A DNA stretch of 64,000 nucleotides from Candidatus Doudnabacteria bacterium RIFCSPHIGHO2_12_FULL_48_16 (GCA_001780035.1 MFEY01000007.1:6212-70211); one strand, 5' to 3'; positions 38,259 to 46,602 are shown, counted from the stretch's first letter. Numbers and translations: made by a program. The notes: generated by a model not told the origin, from the letters alone.

Positions 38259-38762
38259 TTATTTCTTAAAATTCAGCATGGTGTCTTTGGACTTCATTTT
38301 AGACAAAGCCAGATAGGTCGCCATGACATTATTTACCTTGTTGGAAGAACCGATCATTTTCGACAGCACATTCTTGACGCCGACCAAGTCGAGCACCTGG
38401 CGGATCGAGCCGCCGGCGATAATTCCCGTGCCCGGCCGGGCCGGTTTGAGAAAGACCACCGAGGATTTATACTTCAGCTTCATTTCGTGCGGAATGGTAT
38501 CGTTGACCAGGTTGATGCTCACCAGAGTTTTCTTGGCCGCGTTAACCGCCTTGTTCACAGCTTCCGAAACATCGGCGCCTTTGCGCAGACCGATGCCCAC
38601 CCGCCCTTTTTTGTCCCCGATCACCACTAGGGCGCGGAAACGCATGCGCTTGCCGCCAGCGACCACGCGCGTCACGCGCTTGATCTCGACGATCTTTTGC
38701 TCAAATTCTCTGGGGCCCTGTTCGCCTTGGCGGCCGCGACCGCGGCCTCTGTTAAATGCCAT
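38259..38762 (-). CDS. rpsE: 30S ribosomal protein uS5
   Basis: RVTRVVAGGKR, GTGIIAGG. Confidence 0.97.
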   Translation of the reverse strand: MAFNRGRGRGRQGEQGPREFEQKIVEIKRVTRVVAGGKRMRFRALVVIGDKKGRVGIGLRKGADVSEAVNKAVNAAKKTLVSINLVNDTIPHEMKLKYKSSVVFLKPARPGTGIIAGGSIRQVLDLVGVKNVLSKMIGSSNKVNNVMATYLALSKMKSKDTMLNFKK

Positions 38763-38780
38763 AAAGATTCTTTCTTCTCT

Positions 38781-38934
38781 TTCTTCTCCCCTTGCGGGAG
38801 AAGATGTCAGCCTTAGAGATTTTATTAAAGCCGGCTGACAGATGAGGGGTATCTAAGGGTTAGTAGGCTCCTAAATCACCCTCACCTGTCACTCAACGAA
38901 GTTGAGTGACATCCTCTCCCGTCAAGGGAGAGGA
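38781..38934. repeat. Composite palindromic repeat family C (TTCTCCCC..GGGAGAAG..GATGAGGGG..CCCTCACC..CCTCTCCC..GGGAGAGG)
   Basis: Four full and two partial copies in window. Confidence 0.88.
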
Positions 38935-38952
38935 TAAAACTGAAAGTTACGT

Positions 38953-39294
38953 TTAAAACTCCAATCCCGCAGCGCGAGCGCTGTCAGCTAATTCTTTTAC
39001 CCGGCCGTGATACTGGTATCCGCCGCGGTCAAACACAACTTTTTTAATCCCGGCCGCCTGGGCTTTCTGGGCGGCGAGCTTGCCGACCTCAACCGAGGCC
39101 TGCTTCTTGCTGTTTTTACCCTTAAGTTCCGAACTGGCGGCGCTGGCCATGGTCTTACCGTTTTCATCATCGATGAATTGCACGTAAATCTGGCTTAACG
39201 ATCGGAAAACATTCATGCGCGGAACTTGCGCCGTTCCTTTGACTTTCGAGCGAATCCGGTTATGTCTAAATTTTCTCTGGGTTCTTTTGTTCAT
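38953..39294 (-). CDS. rplR: 50S ribosomal protein uL18
   Basis: [13 protein letters not shown]. Confidence 0.97.
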   Translation of the reverse strand: MNKRTQRKFRHNRIRSKVKGTAQVPRMNVFRSLSQIYVQFIDDENGKTMASAASSELKGKNSKKQASVEVGKLAAQKAQAAGIKKVVFDRGGYQYHGRVKELADSARAAGLEF

Positions 39295-39314
39295 AGAATT
39301 ATAATTTCTAGATT

Positions 39315-39869
39315 CTATTTTCCGCCTCCGACGGCCTTAACGACTTTGCCCGCTTTACGCCGAATAACTTCATCGGAATATTTTATGCCTTTGCCCTTGT
39401 AAGGCTCCGGTTCCCGCTGGGAGCGCACAACAGCCGCAAACTGGCCGACCAACTGGCGGTCAATGCCGGCTACGGTCATAACGTTCTTTTCCACTTTGAC
39501 GTCCAGACCATCCGGGATTTCCATTTCAATCGGGTGCGAATAACCAAGATTCATGACCAATTTTTTTCCGGTCACCGCGGCTTTGTAACCGACCCCGTTG
39601 ATTTCCAAGGTTTTGCTAAACCCGGCGGTCACACCAGAGACCATATTGTTAATCAGCGCGCGCGATAATCCCCACAACGCCCGTTCGCTCTTTACCTTCT
39701 CGTTTTTTACGCTGACGACCAGATCCTGGCCATTCTGAGCAACAGTAACTTTGGGATGAACATGCAGCGTTAATTCGCCCTTGGGTCCTTTGACCTTCAG
39801 AGTCTGATCCTGAATCTCGGCGGTCACACCGGATGGCAGGGTTACTGGTTTTTTACCGATTCTGCTCAT
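39315..39869 (-). CDS. rplF: 50S ribosomal protein uL6
   Basis: [15 protein letters not shown]. Confidence 0.97.
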   Translation of the reverse strand: MSRIGKKPVTLPSGVTAEIQDQTLKVKGPKGELTLHVHPKVTVAQNGQDLVVSVKNEKVKSERALWGLSRALINNMVSGVTAGFSKTLEINGVGYKAAVTGKKLVMNLGYSHPIEMEIPDGLDVKVEKNVMTVAGIDRQLVGQFAAVVRSQREPEPYKGKGIKYSDEVIRRKAGKVVKAVGGGK

Positions 39870-39886
39870 TTGATTCTTTCTTCTTG

Positions 39887-40058
39887 TTCTTCTCCCCTTG
39901 CGGGAGAAGATGTCAGCGTTATTTGGGTTATTATTAGTCGCTGACAGATGAGGGGTATCTAAGCTTACTTAGCTCTTAAATCACCCTCACCTGTCCCGAC
40001 TTTGTCGGGACATCCTCTCCCGTTGAGGGAGAGGATTAAGCTGAAAATTACATTACCA
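39887..40058. repeat. Family C copy, identical to 40468-40639
   Basis: 172 bp compared base by base. Confidence 0.9.
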
Positions 40059-40451
40059 AATTTGGCAGACAATTTCGCCGCCGACTTTGGCCTTGCGGGC
40101 TTCCTTGTCCGTCATTAATCCTTTCGAAGTCGAAACTACCGTGGTGCCCATGCTGCCCATGACACGCGGCAAATTTTCCCGGGAAGCATAAATACGCTGT
40201 CCCGGCTTGCTGACCCGTTTGATGCCGGAAATCGTCGGTTGGCCGGAGGCATCGTATTTGAGCTGCAGCATCAAATTTTTGAAGCCGCCGTCTTCCGACA
40301 CTTCCACTTTCTTAATCCAGCCTTCTGTTTCCAGAACTTTGGCCAGGCTGAGCTTGAAATTGGAGTGCGGCAAAGAAACTTCGCTCTTGCGGGCGAGCAA
40401 TGCATTGCGAATGCGGGTTAGCATATCTGAAATTGTGTCGTTCATCGTCAT
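40053..40451 (-). CDS. rpsH: 30S ribosomal protein uS8
   Basis: DMLTRIRN, SKPG.RIY, STSKG. Confidence 0.97.
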   Translation of the reverse strand: MTMNDTISDMLTRIRNALLARKSEVSLPHSNFKLSLAKVLETEGWIKKVEVSEDGGFKNLMLQLKYDASGQPTISGIKRVSKPGQRIYASRENLPRVMGSMGTTVVSTSKGLMTDKEARKAKVGGEIVCQIW

Positions 40452-40467
40452 AAGGTTTTTTCTTATT

Positions 40468-40639
40468 TTCTTCTCCCCTTGCGGGAGAAGATGTCAGCGT
40501 TATTTGGGTTATTATTAGTCGCTGACAGATGAGGGGTATCTAAGCTTACTTAGCTCTTAAATCACCCTCACCTGTCCCGACTTTGTCGGGACATCCTCTC
40601 CCGTTGAGGGAGAGGATTAAGCTGAAAATTACATTACCA
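40468..40639. repeat. Family C copy, identical to 39887-40058
   Basis: 172 bp compared base by base. Confidence 0.9.
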
Positions 40640-40828
40640 GGAAGATTTAACTATACCGGGGATTTCACCATTGGAAGCCAGTTCTCGGAAACAAATGCGG
40701 CAGATATCAAAATCGCGCATATAACCATGCTTGCGGCCACAGCGCCAGCAGCGGCGCACGACCCGGGTCGAATATTTCGCCTGGGTGCGGGATTTAAGAG
40801 ATTTTAAGTATTGAGCCTTGGTTGCCAT
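40634..40828 (-). CDS. rpsZ: 30S ribosomal protein uS14 (zinc-binding type Z)
   Basis: RCWRCGR...ICRICFR. Confidence 0.95.
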   Translation of the reverse strand: MATKAQYLKSLKSRTQAKYSTRVVRRCWRCGRKHGYMRDFDICRICFRELASNGEIPGIVKSSW

Positions 40829-40833
40829 AGTTG

Positions 40834-41370
40834 TTATTTGGAAAACGGGAACCCTAATGATTTAAGAAGCGCTAAAGCCTGTTTGTCATCGTCAGTCGAA
40901 GTTTGGATGTTAACTTCCAGGCCGAAAGTGTATTCAAAGTGTTCCCGCGTGGTCTCCGGAAATACAATCTGCTCCCGCAGACCAATGTTGTAGTTACCAT
41001 GGCCGTCAAATTTCTTGGGATCCAGGCCGCGGAAATCGCGAACGCGAGGAAGAGCAACCTTCACCAGTTTTTCCAAAAAATCATACATTCGATTGCCGCG
41101 CATGGTGACGACCAGACCAACTACCTGCCCCTCGCGGATTTTAAACCCGGCGATGGATTTCTTGGCCAGGGTTTTGACCGGAGTTTGGCCGGTAATGCGC
41201 TTGACGTCTTCCACAATCGCCTCGAGCATTTTGGCATCTTTCAATGTTTTACCGACGCCGACATTGACCACAACTTTCTGGATTTTCGGTACAGCCATAA
41301 CATTGCCCAAATGCAAATCCTGCATCAGGCTCTTGGTTACTTTTTCTTTGTATAAAGTCTTGAAATTCAT
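40834..41370 (-). CDS. rplE: 50S ribosomal protein uL5
   Basis: SIAGFKIREG, LPRVRDFRG. Confidence 0.97.
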   Translation of the reverse strand: MNFKTLYKEKVTKSLMQDLHLGNVMAVPKIQKVVVNVGVGKTLKDAKMLEAIVEDVKRITGQTPVKTLAKKSIAGFKIREGQVVGLVVTMRGNRMYDFLEKLVKVALPRVRDFRGLDPKKFDGHGNYNIGLREQIVFPETTREHFEYTFGLEVNIQTSTDDDKQALALLKSLGFPFSK

Positions 41371-41471
41371 CCCGTTAGAAATAATAATTAGTTAATCGAC
41401 AATCTTTGTTATAGCCAGCCCGTTGAATATTATGCTCACTATTGGTTAAATATGCAAAATTTCTAACGGGA
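41370..41471. mobile_element. MITE-like element family A
   Basis: 102 bp, TIRs, TTCA flanks. Confidence 0.8.
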
Positions 41472-41475
41472 TTCA

Positions 41476-41781
41476 TTAGATTACCTTTCCACACTTTTTA
41501 CATTTGCGAAAATTGCCGCGATCGGAAAGTTCGCGTCCGACCCGGGTCGGCTTGCCGCAGAGGGGGCAAATTAACTGAGTTTTGGAAGCATCGATCGCCC
41601 CAGGAAGTTCCAAGCGCTGTCCTTTTTCGCCCTGCCGTTTCGGCCGAGAAAATCGGACCCGGATGTGCAGCCCTTCGACGACCAGCTTGCCGGTTTTGGG
41701 AAACACGTCCAAAACCTTGCCGGTCTTACCCCGTTCTTTGCCTGCCAAAATTTTAACTGTATCGCCTTTCTTTATTCTCAT
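41476..41781 (-). CDS. rplX: 50S ribosomal protein uL24
   Basis: KKGDTV..LAGKERGK. Confidence 0.96.
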   Translation of the reverse strand: MRIKKGDTVKILAGKERGKTGKVLDVFPKTGKLVVEGLHIRVRFSRPKRQGEKGQRLELPGAIDASKTQLICPLCGKPTRVGRELSDRGNFRKCKKCGKVI

Positions 41782-41799
41782 ATAATTCTTAATTTACGT

Positions 41800-41881
41800 C
41801 TACGAACTTACGAAATTTTTACGAAAATACGAAGTGAGCTAACCCTTTTCGTATGTTCGTATTCTGTTCGTAATTTCGTAG
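41800..41881. repeat. Mirror array of four TACGAA and four TTCGTA with 8-11-8 spacing
   Basis: Positions 41801/09/20/28 and 41848/56/67/75. Confidence 0.85.
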
Positions 41882-41884
41882 CCA

Positions 41885-42256
41885 TTACACTACTTCTTCG
41901 GCTAATGAAATAATTTTAGTGAACCCCAGATCGCGCAACTCCCTCGGCATCGGGCCAAAAATACGGGTGCCCCGCGGTTCCGGATCATCTTTGTTAACCA
42001 AAACTGCGGCGTTGTCATCAAATCTGATGTAAGATCCGTCAGAGCGGCGCACTTCCTTGCGGGTGCGGACGATCACGGCGTAAACCTTATCGCCCTTCTT
42101 GACTTGGCCTTTCGGACTGGCGATTTTGACGGAAGCGGAGATAACATCACCGATCGTCGCGAAACGGCGCTTGTTTTTCCCGTTCACGCTAAAAGCCGCG
42201 ATCTCGCGAGCGCCGGTATTATCTGCAACTTTTAAACGTGTTCTTAACTGTATCAT
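41885..42256 (-). CDS. rplN: 50S ribosomal protein uL14
   Basis: VADNTGA, FDDNAAV, GTRIFGP. Confidence 0.97.
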   Translation of the reverse strand: MIQLRTRLKVADNTGAREIAAFSVNGKNKRRFATIGDVISASVKIASPKGQVKKGDKVYAVIVRTRKEVRRSDGSYIRFDDNAAVLVNKDDPEPRGTRIFGPMPRELRDLGFTKIISLAEEVV

Positions 42257-42273
42257 AATTTATTAGGTTGTTG

Positions 42274-42303
42274 TCCGCCGGAGGCGGATCCGCCTTTGGC
42301 GGA
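42274..42303. repeat. Intergenic copy of the 30-bp double-hairpin element
   Basis: TCCGCC-gga-GGCGGA TCCGCC-ttt-GGCGGA. Confidence 0.9.
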
Positions 42304-42315
42304 AATCATAAAATA

Positions 42316-42588
42316 TTAAATCTTGCTGACAACTTTCCAATTAACGGTTTTACTGTAAGGCCGGGATTCTTCGATTATGACCTTATCGCCGATTTTCAAT
42401 CCTTCCAAATCGTTATGGGAAGGGTATTTCTTTGAAACCGTGTAGCGCTTGTGATACTTCGGGTGCACTTTCACGGAATCGACTTCCACGATGACCGTCT
42501 TGGTCATTTTGTCGGAAATAACCCTGCCGGTTAATTTTCTGTGAATCTTATTCACCCCGTTAGATTTTACTGAATTATTATCTGTCAT
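42316..42588 (-). CDS. rpsQ: 30S ribosomal protein uS17
   Basis: SDKMTKT, HPKYHK, ESRPYSKT. Confidence 0.96.
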   Translation of the reverse strand: MTDNNSVKSNGVNKIHRKLTGRVISDKMTKTVIVEVDSVKVHPKYHKRYTVSKKYPSHNDLEGLKIGDKVIIEESRPYSKTVNWKVVSKI

Positions 42589-42632
42589 AATTTTCTGCTT
42601 ATCCCATTGATTTTTCTAAAAATCTAACGGGG
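42555..42632. mobile_element. MITE-like element family A, subtype 2, overlapping the rpsQ 5' end
   Basis: 78 bp; encodes MTDNNSVKSNG. Confidence 0.75.
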
Positions 42633-42638
42633 TCAATA

Positions 42639-42821
42639 TTATTTGGAATTAATGAGAGTTAAAATGCGGGCAATGTCTTTCTTGATATTCTGGAGGGTGT
42701 GGCTGTTCTTAACTTCCTTGGAATGAATCTTGAAAGTCAGATCACGAACCTGTTCGCGCAGGCTCGCCAGCTGGCGGCCCAGTTCCTGTTCACCCATGGC
42801 TTGCAATTCTTTCATTTTCAT
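42639..42821 (-). CDS. rpmC: 50S ribosomal protein uL29
   Basis: KKDIARILT; operon position. Confidence 0.93.
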   Translation of the reverse strand: MKMKELQAMGEQELGRQLASLREQVRDLTFKIHSKEVKNSHTLQNIKKDIARILTLINSK

Positions 42822-42919
42822 CCCGTTAAAAATTAATAACTAAATTAATCATATCTGTGATCGATAATCCTGCTAATATACTTTGCCCATCAACGAACGT
42901 CTCAAAATTTCTAACGGGA
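42821..42919. mobile_element. MITE-like element family A
   Basis: 99 bp, TIRs, TTCA flanks. Confidence 0.8.
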
Positions 42920-42927
42920 TTCATAAA

Positions 42928-43341
42928 TTAAGCCTGATCCCTTAAGACAAACCGAGTCTTGATCGGCAGTTTGTGCGAGGCCAAGCGCATCGCTTCCGCA
43001 GCCTGGTCGGCGGTTACCCCGTCCATTTCAAACATAATCCGGCCCTTCTGGACGACGGCGACGAAATGGTCAACAGCTCCTTTGCCGGAACCCATCGGGG
43101 ATTCATTACCGTGAGAAGTGATCGGCTTATCTGGAAAAATGCGGATCCAAATCTTGCCGCCGCGCTGGACATATCGGGTCATGGCTCGGCGCGCTGATTC
43201 AATCTGGCGCGAAGTCACCCAGCTGTTTTCCAGGGCTTTGAGGCCATAGCTGCCAAAGGCAACATAATTGCCGGACATGGCCTTGCCGGAAGACTTTCCG
43301 CGGTGGTGCTTTCGATGCTTGACCTTTTTAGGTATTAACAT
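42928..43341 (-). CDS. rplP: 50S ribosomal protein uL16
   Basis: [18 protein letters not shown]. Confidence 0.97.
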   Translation of the reverse strand: MLIPKKVKHRKHHRGKSSGKAMSGNYVAFGSYGLKALENSWVTSRQIESARRAMTRYVQRGGKIWIRIFPDKPITSHGNESPMGSGKGAVDHFVAVVQKGRIMFEMDGVTADQAAEAMRLASHKLPIKTRFVLRDQA

Positions 43342-43390
43342 AGTAGTTTAACTTAAAATCAATAAATATTCTTAAATATTTCCGGTTCTC

Positions 43391-43449
43391 GCCCCGTACC
43401 GGAGCGAAGCGACTGGTGCGGGGTGTTTTACTTTCTTGGGAATCAACAT
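43391..43449 (-). pseudogene. Duplicate 5' end of rplP (9 codons) ending in a palindromic element
   Basis: ATG TTG ATT CCC AAG AAA GTA AAA CAC = MLIPKKVKH, then CCCCGCACCAG...CCGGTACGGGG. Confidence 0.8.
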
Positions 43450-43453
43450 AAAA

Positions 43454-44116
43454 TTATACGCCTTTCAGTCTAAGTTTATTACCGGTAAACACTTCACCTT
43501 TGTTAATCCAAACCTTGACTCCGATCGTGCCGTATGTGGTAAAGGCGGTGACGCGGGCAAAATCAATGTTGGCGCGCAGGGTGTGCAAGGGCAGTTTGCC
43601 TTTAAACAACCGTTCGCTGCGGGCGATTTCTGCGCCGCCCAACCGGCCGGCGCATTCGATTTTGACGCCCAAAGCCCCGGATTCCATAACCTGTTCAATG
43701 GCGCCTTTCATGGCGCGGCGAAAGGCAATCCGTTTTTCAATCTGATCCGCGATATTCTGCGCGACCACTTGAGACTGCAGATTGACGTCTTTGACTTCTT
43801 CGATGTTCAACTTCAAATCCAGCTTTTTTAAATTCAAGTGGGCCAAAATTTTCTTTTTTAAATCCTCAACGCCGCCCCCGCCCTTGCCGATAATCATTCC
43901 GGGCTTGGTGGTTTTGACCGTGACGCTCACGGTGGGACCGAAACGTTCGATATCGATCCGAACTAGGCCGCATTTTTTCAGTTGCAGCATCAAAAACGCG
44001 CGGATGCGGGTATCCTGTTCCAGCTTGGCGGCAAAACCGGTCTTGGAAAGCCATTTGGATTTCCAAGTGTCGGTAATGTTCATTCTTAAACTGTTGGCGT
44101 TGACTTTCTGTCCCAT
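43454..44116 (-). CDS. rpsC: 30S ribosomal protein uS3
   Basis: MGQKVN, PG.IIGKGG, GRLGGAEIAR, PLHTLRA. Confidence 0.97.
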   Translation of the reverse strand: MGQKVNANSLRMNITDTWKSKWLSKTGFAAKLEQDTRIRAFLMLQLKKCGLVRIDIERFGPTVSVTVKTTKPGMIIGKGGGGVEDLKKKILAHLNLKKLDLKLNIEEVKDVNLQSQVVAQNIADQIEKRIAFRRAMKGAIEQVMESGALGVKIECAGRLGGAEIARSERLFKGKLPLHTLRANIDFARVTAFTTYGTIGVKVWINKGEVFTGNKLRLKGV

Positions 44117-44124
44117 AAAATTTA

Positions 44125-44257
44125 CCCCCACACCAAACGAGCTTCTGTTTCGGCTACGCCGAAACAGTTTACTCGCAGATTAGTTCGCTCGTTGATTATT
44201 GGTATTCTAATTATCATAAATTTATTATAACTGATTAAGCTCGTTCTGGTGTGGGGG
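44125..44257. mobile_element. MITE-like element with TIR CCCCCACACCA(G)AACGAGCTT and TTTA flanks
   Basis: 133 bp; ~20-bp TIRs; 4-bp direct flanks overlapping the rplV stop. Confidence 0.75.
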
Positions 44258-44258
44258 T

Positions 44259-44843
44259 TTATTCTCCAGATTTACGGTTAAATAATCGGCGCTTCAAACT
44301 GATAAAACTATTCTTGCGTTTTTCGCTCGAGCGCGGGGCCAATTTCGGCCCTTGCTGCTTGGTCGGTTCAACTTCGCCGGCTTCCCGTTCAACTTCGTTG
44401 AATGATGCTCGCCCCTTCGGGACGGCCGGTTCCGTTGATTTAGGGCGGAGTGTGAAAATAGATCGCTTGCTGACTGATTTCTTCGGGGCTCGTTCGCCCA
44501 ACACAAGATTGATGTGGCTGGTACGCTTGCGTTCAACGAAAGCCCGGCCCTGGGCACGCGGCGCGTATCGTTTGAAAACCGGTCCGCCGTCGATGGTTAC
44601 GGATTTAATATATAAATTATCCCTATTCAGATTAAAATTGTGGATGGCGTTGGCGATAGCGGAGTTGATAACCTTGGTTAAAGGCAGGGCGGCATTTTTG
44701 GAAGAAAAACGCAGCTGTTCCAACGCCACGTCCACTGAATTCGTGCGCACCAAATCCGCCACCAACCGCAGCTTGCGGGGGCTGACATGGATATAGCGGG
44801 CAAATGCCTTCACTTCCTTGATTTTAGACTTTTCTTGTGCCAT
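44259..44843 (-). CDS. rplV: 50S ribosomal protein uL22 with long C-terminal extension
   Basis: SPRKLRLV, PRAQGRA, TSHI. Confidence 0.96.
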   Translation of the reverse strand: MAQEKSKIKEVKAFARYIHVSPRKLRLVADLVRTNSVDVALEQLRFSSKNAALPLTKVINSAIANAIHNFNLNRDNLYIKSVTIDGGPVFKRYAPRAQGRAFVERKRTSHINLVLGERAPKKSVSKRSIFTLRPKSTEPAVPKGRASFNEVEREAGEVEPTKQQGPKLAPRSSEKRKNSFISLKRRLFNRKSGE

Positions 44844-44848
44844 AAAAG

Positions 44849-45217
44849 TTATTTTTTAACTCCTTCAGCCGGGGCTTTGGATGCTTCTTGGGCCCGCTTT
44901 TCGGCTTCGGCCGCAGCCATGGCTTCGTCTTTGGCCATTTTGCCGCCGTGTCTGGTAAATTTGCGGGTGGGGGAAAATTCGCCGAGCTTGTGGCCAACCA
45001 TATTTTCCGAGCAGAGAACTGAGATAAAAATCTTCCCGTTGTGCACGAGGAAAGTCATGCCGACCATTTCTGGAAAAATCGTGGAGTCGCGAGACCAGGT
45101 TTTGATCTCAACTTTAAGTTTTCCGCCGGAGGCGGATCCGCCGCTGGCGGAAACTTTCTGGATTTTGGCCAGCAGTTTCGCGTCGATAAAGGGTCCTTTT
45201 TTTAACGATCTTGACAT
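44849..45217 (-). CDS. rpsS: 30S ribosomal protein uS19 carrying a repeat-derived insert
   Basis: [26 protein letters not shown]. Confidence 0.97.
   Translation of the reverse strand: MSRSLKKGPFIDAKLLAKIQKVSASGGSASGGKLKVEIKTWSRDSTIFPEMVGMTFLVHNGKIFISVLCSENMVGHKLGEFSPTRKFTRHGGKMAKDEAMAAAEAEKRAQEASKAPAEGVKK
45122..45151. repeat. 30-bp double-hairpin element in frame in rpsS
   Basis: TCCGCC-gga-GGCGGA TCCGCC-gct-GGCGGA; encodes [10 protein letters not shown]. Confidence 0.9.
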
Positions 45218-45218
45218 A

Positions 45219-45764
45219 TTATTTAGTGAATTTAAAACTGGAAAGAATCAGCTTTATCTCGTCCAGATTATATTTCTGGGTCAAAATATAATAAATTGTA
45301 CCGTTATGTTTAACTAAAACTTCGTATGAGGAAACGCTCACACTGCCGTCTTCATTCGTTCCGGGATACTTTTCAACAAATGCATATCCATTTTCGCCGG
45401 CAAAAGTAATTGCGGATTCAACCGGTACGCTGCCACCCACTGCCTTCTTTAACTGCTGTCTGACGGTTTCAAAAGGCTTGGTTTCTATTCGGACAGCTAG
45501 ATAAACTGTCATATTGTCAGCATCAGATTTACTTTGCAAAACAGTGTTTTCAAAGTCAATTCCGTCACTACCGTTCAGTAAATATTTGTCAGCGGGATAT
45601 TCAAATTCAAAACCATACTTAGTATTTGTGTAGGTTTTCCAGGTCGCGGGGTCAGTATCAGTTTTAGTAATTGTTTGATTCTGGGCAGGCTGAACAGCGG
45701 CTTGCTGGTTGCAGGCGGCGGCGATGAACAACATTGAAATTGTCAGAAATAAAAGTTTCTTCAT
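45219..45764 (-). CDS. PsbP-like lipoprotein inserted between rplB and rpsS
   Basis: Lipobox IAAAC; [16 protein letters not shown]; ILSSFKFTK. Confidence 0.78.
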   Translation of the reverse strand: MKKLLFLTISMLFIAAACNQQAAVQPAQNQTITKTDTDPATWKTYTNTKYGFEFEYPADKYLLNGSDGIDFENTVLQSKSDADNMTVYLAVRIETKPFETVRQQLKKAVGGSVPVESAITFAGENGYAFVEKYPGTNEDGSVSVSSYEVLVKHNGTIYYILTQKYNLDEIKLILSSFKFTK

Positions 45765-45765
45765 A

Positions 45766-46599
45766 TTACCTTCGTCTCTTAACGATAAATTTATTCGAGG
45801 ATCTCTTCTTGTTGCGGGTCTTCACGCCCAAGGCATGCTTGCCCCAGGGAGTCTTCGGGTATTTCAAACCAATTGGGTTGTGGCCTTCGCCGCCGCCATG
45901 TGGATGGTCAATCGGGTTCATGGCTTTGCCGCGCACCGATGGGCGGATGCCCCGGTGGCGGTTGCGCCCCGCTTTGCCGATTCTAACATACATCCAGTCC
46001 GTATTGGAAACCTGGCCGACGGTGGCCAGCGAATTGCCCGGAATTTTGCGGATTTCACCGGACGGCAGCTTCAATGTCGAATAATCGGGATCCTGGGATT
46101 GCACGATTGCATAAGACCCGGCGGCGCGGACCATCTGTCCCCCGCCCTGGCCGAGAATTTCCACATCGTGAACATTGGCGCCGATCGGAATATTTCGGAG
46201 CATCATCCGGTTGCCCGGCTTAATTTCGGTCCGATCCGCAGTCAGTAAAATCTCGCCGACTTTGACGCCATCCGGAGCCAAAATATACCGTTTTTCACCG
46301 TCAAGGTAAGACAATCGGGTAATAAAGGCGCTGCGTCCCGGATCGTATTCCAGAGTTTCCACCTTGGCCGGAATATTCATTTTGTCGCGGCGGCTAAAGT
46401 CCAAAGTTCGAACTTTCAGTTTATGACCTCCGCCCTGATGGCGAGTGGTAATCTTGCCCTGGTTATTGCGGCCGGCGGTGCGGCCAAACGACTTGATCGC
46501 CGATTTCATGGGCCGCGTGTTCTTGGTCAAAACCGAATAATCTGTAACCGAATGAATGCGGCGGCCGGCGGAAGTTGGTTTATAAATCTTAATTGCCAT
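45766..46599 (-). CDS. rplB: 50S ribosomal protein uL2
   Basis: GRNNQG, YDPGRSA, DHPHGGGEG. Confidence 0.98.
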   Translation of the reverse strand: MAIKIYKPTSAGRRIHSVTDYSVLTKNTRPMKSAIKSFGRTAGRNNQGKITTRHQGGGHKLKVRTLDFSRRDKMNIPAKVETLEYDPGRSAFITRLSYLDGEKRYILAPDGVKVGEILLTADRTEIKPGNRMMLRNIPIGANVHDVEILGQGGGQMVRAAGSYAIVQSQDPDYSTLKLPSGEIRKIPGNSLATVGQVSNTDWMYVRIGKAGRNRHRGIRPSVRGKAMNPIDHPHGGGEGHNPIGLKYPKTPWGKHALGVKTRNKKRSSNKFIVKRRR

Positions 46600-46602
46600 A
46601 AA

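Noticed and set aside
38781-40639. Family C repeats as a CRISPR array or attC integron
   Set aside because: Units are 150-170 bp, are separated by ribosomal genes, and no integrase or cas gene is present
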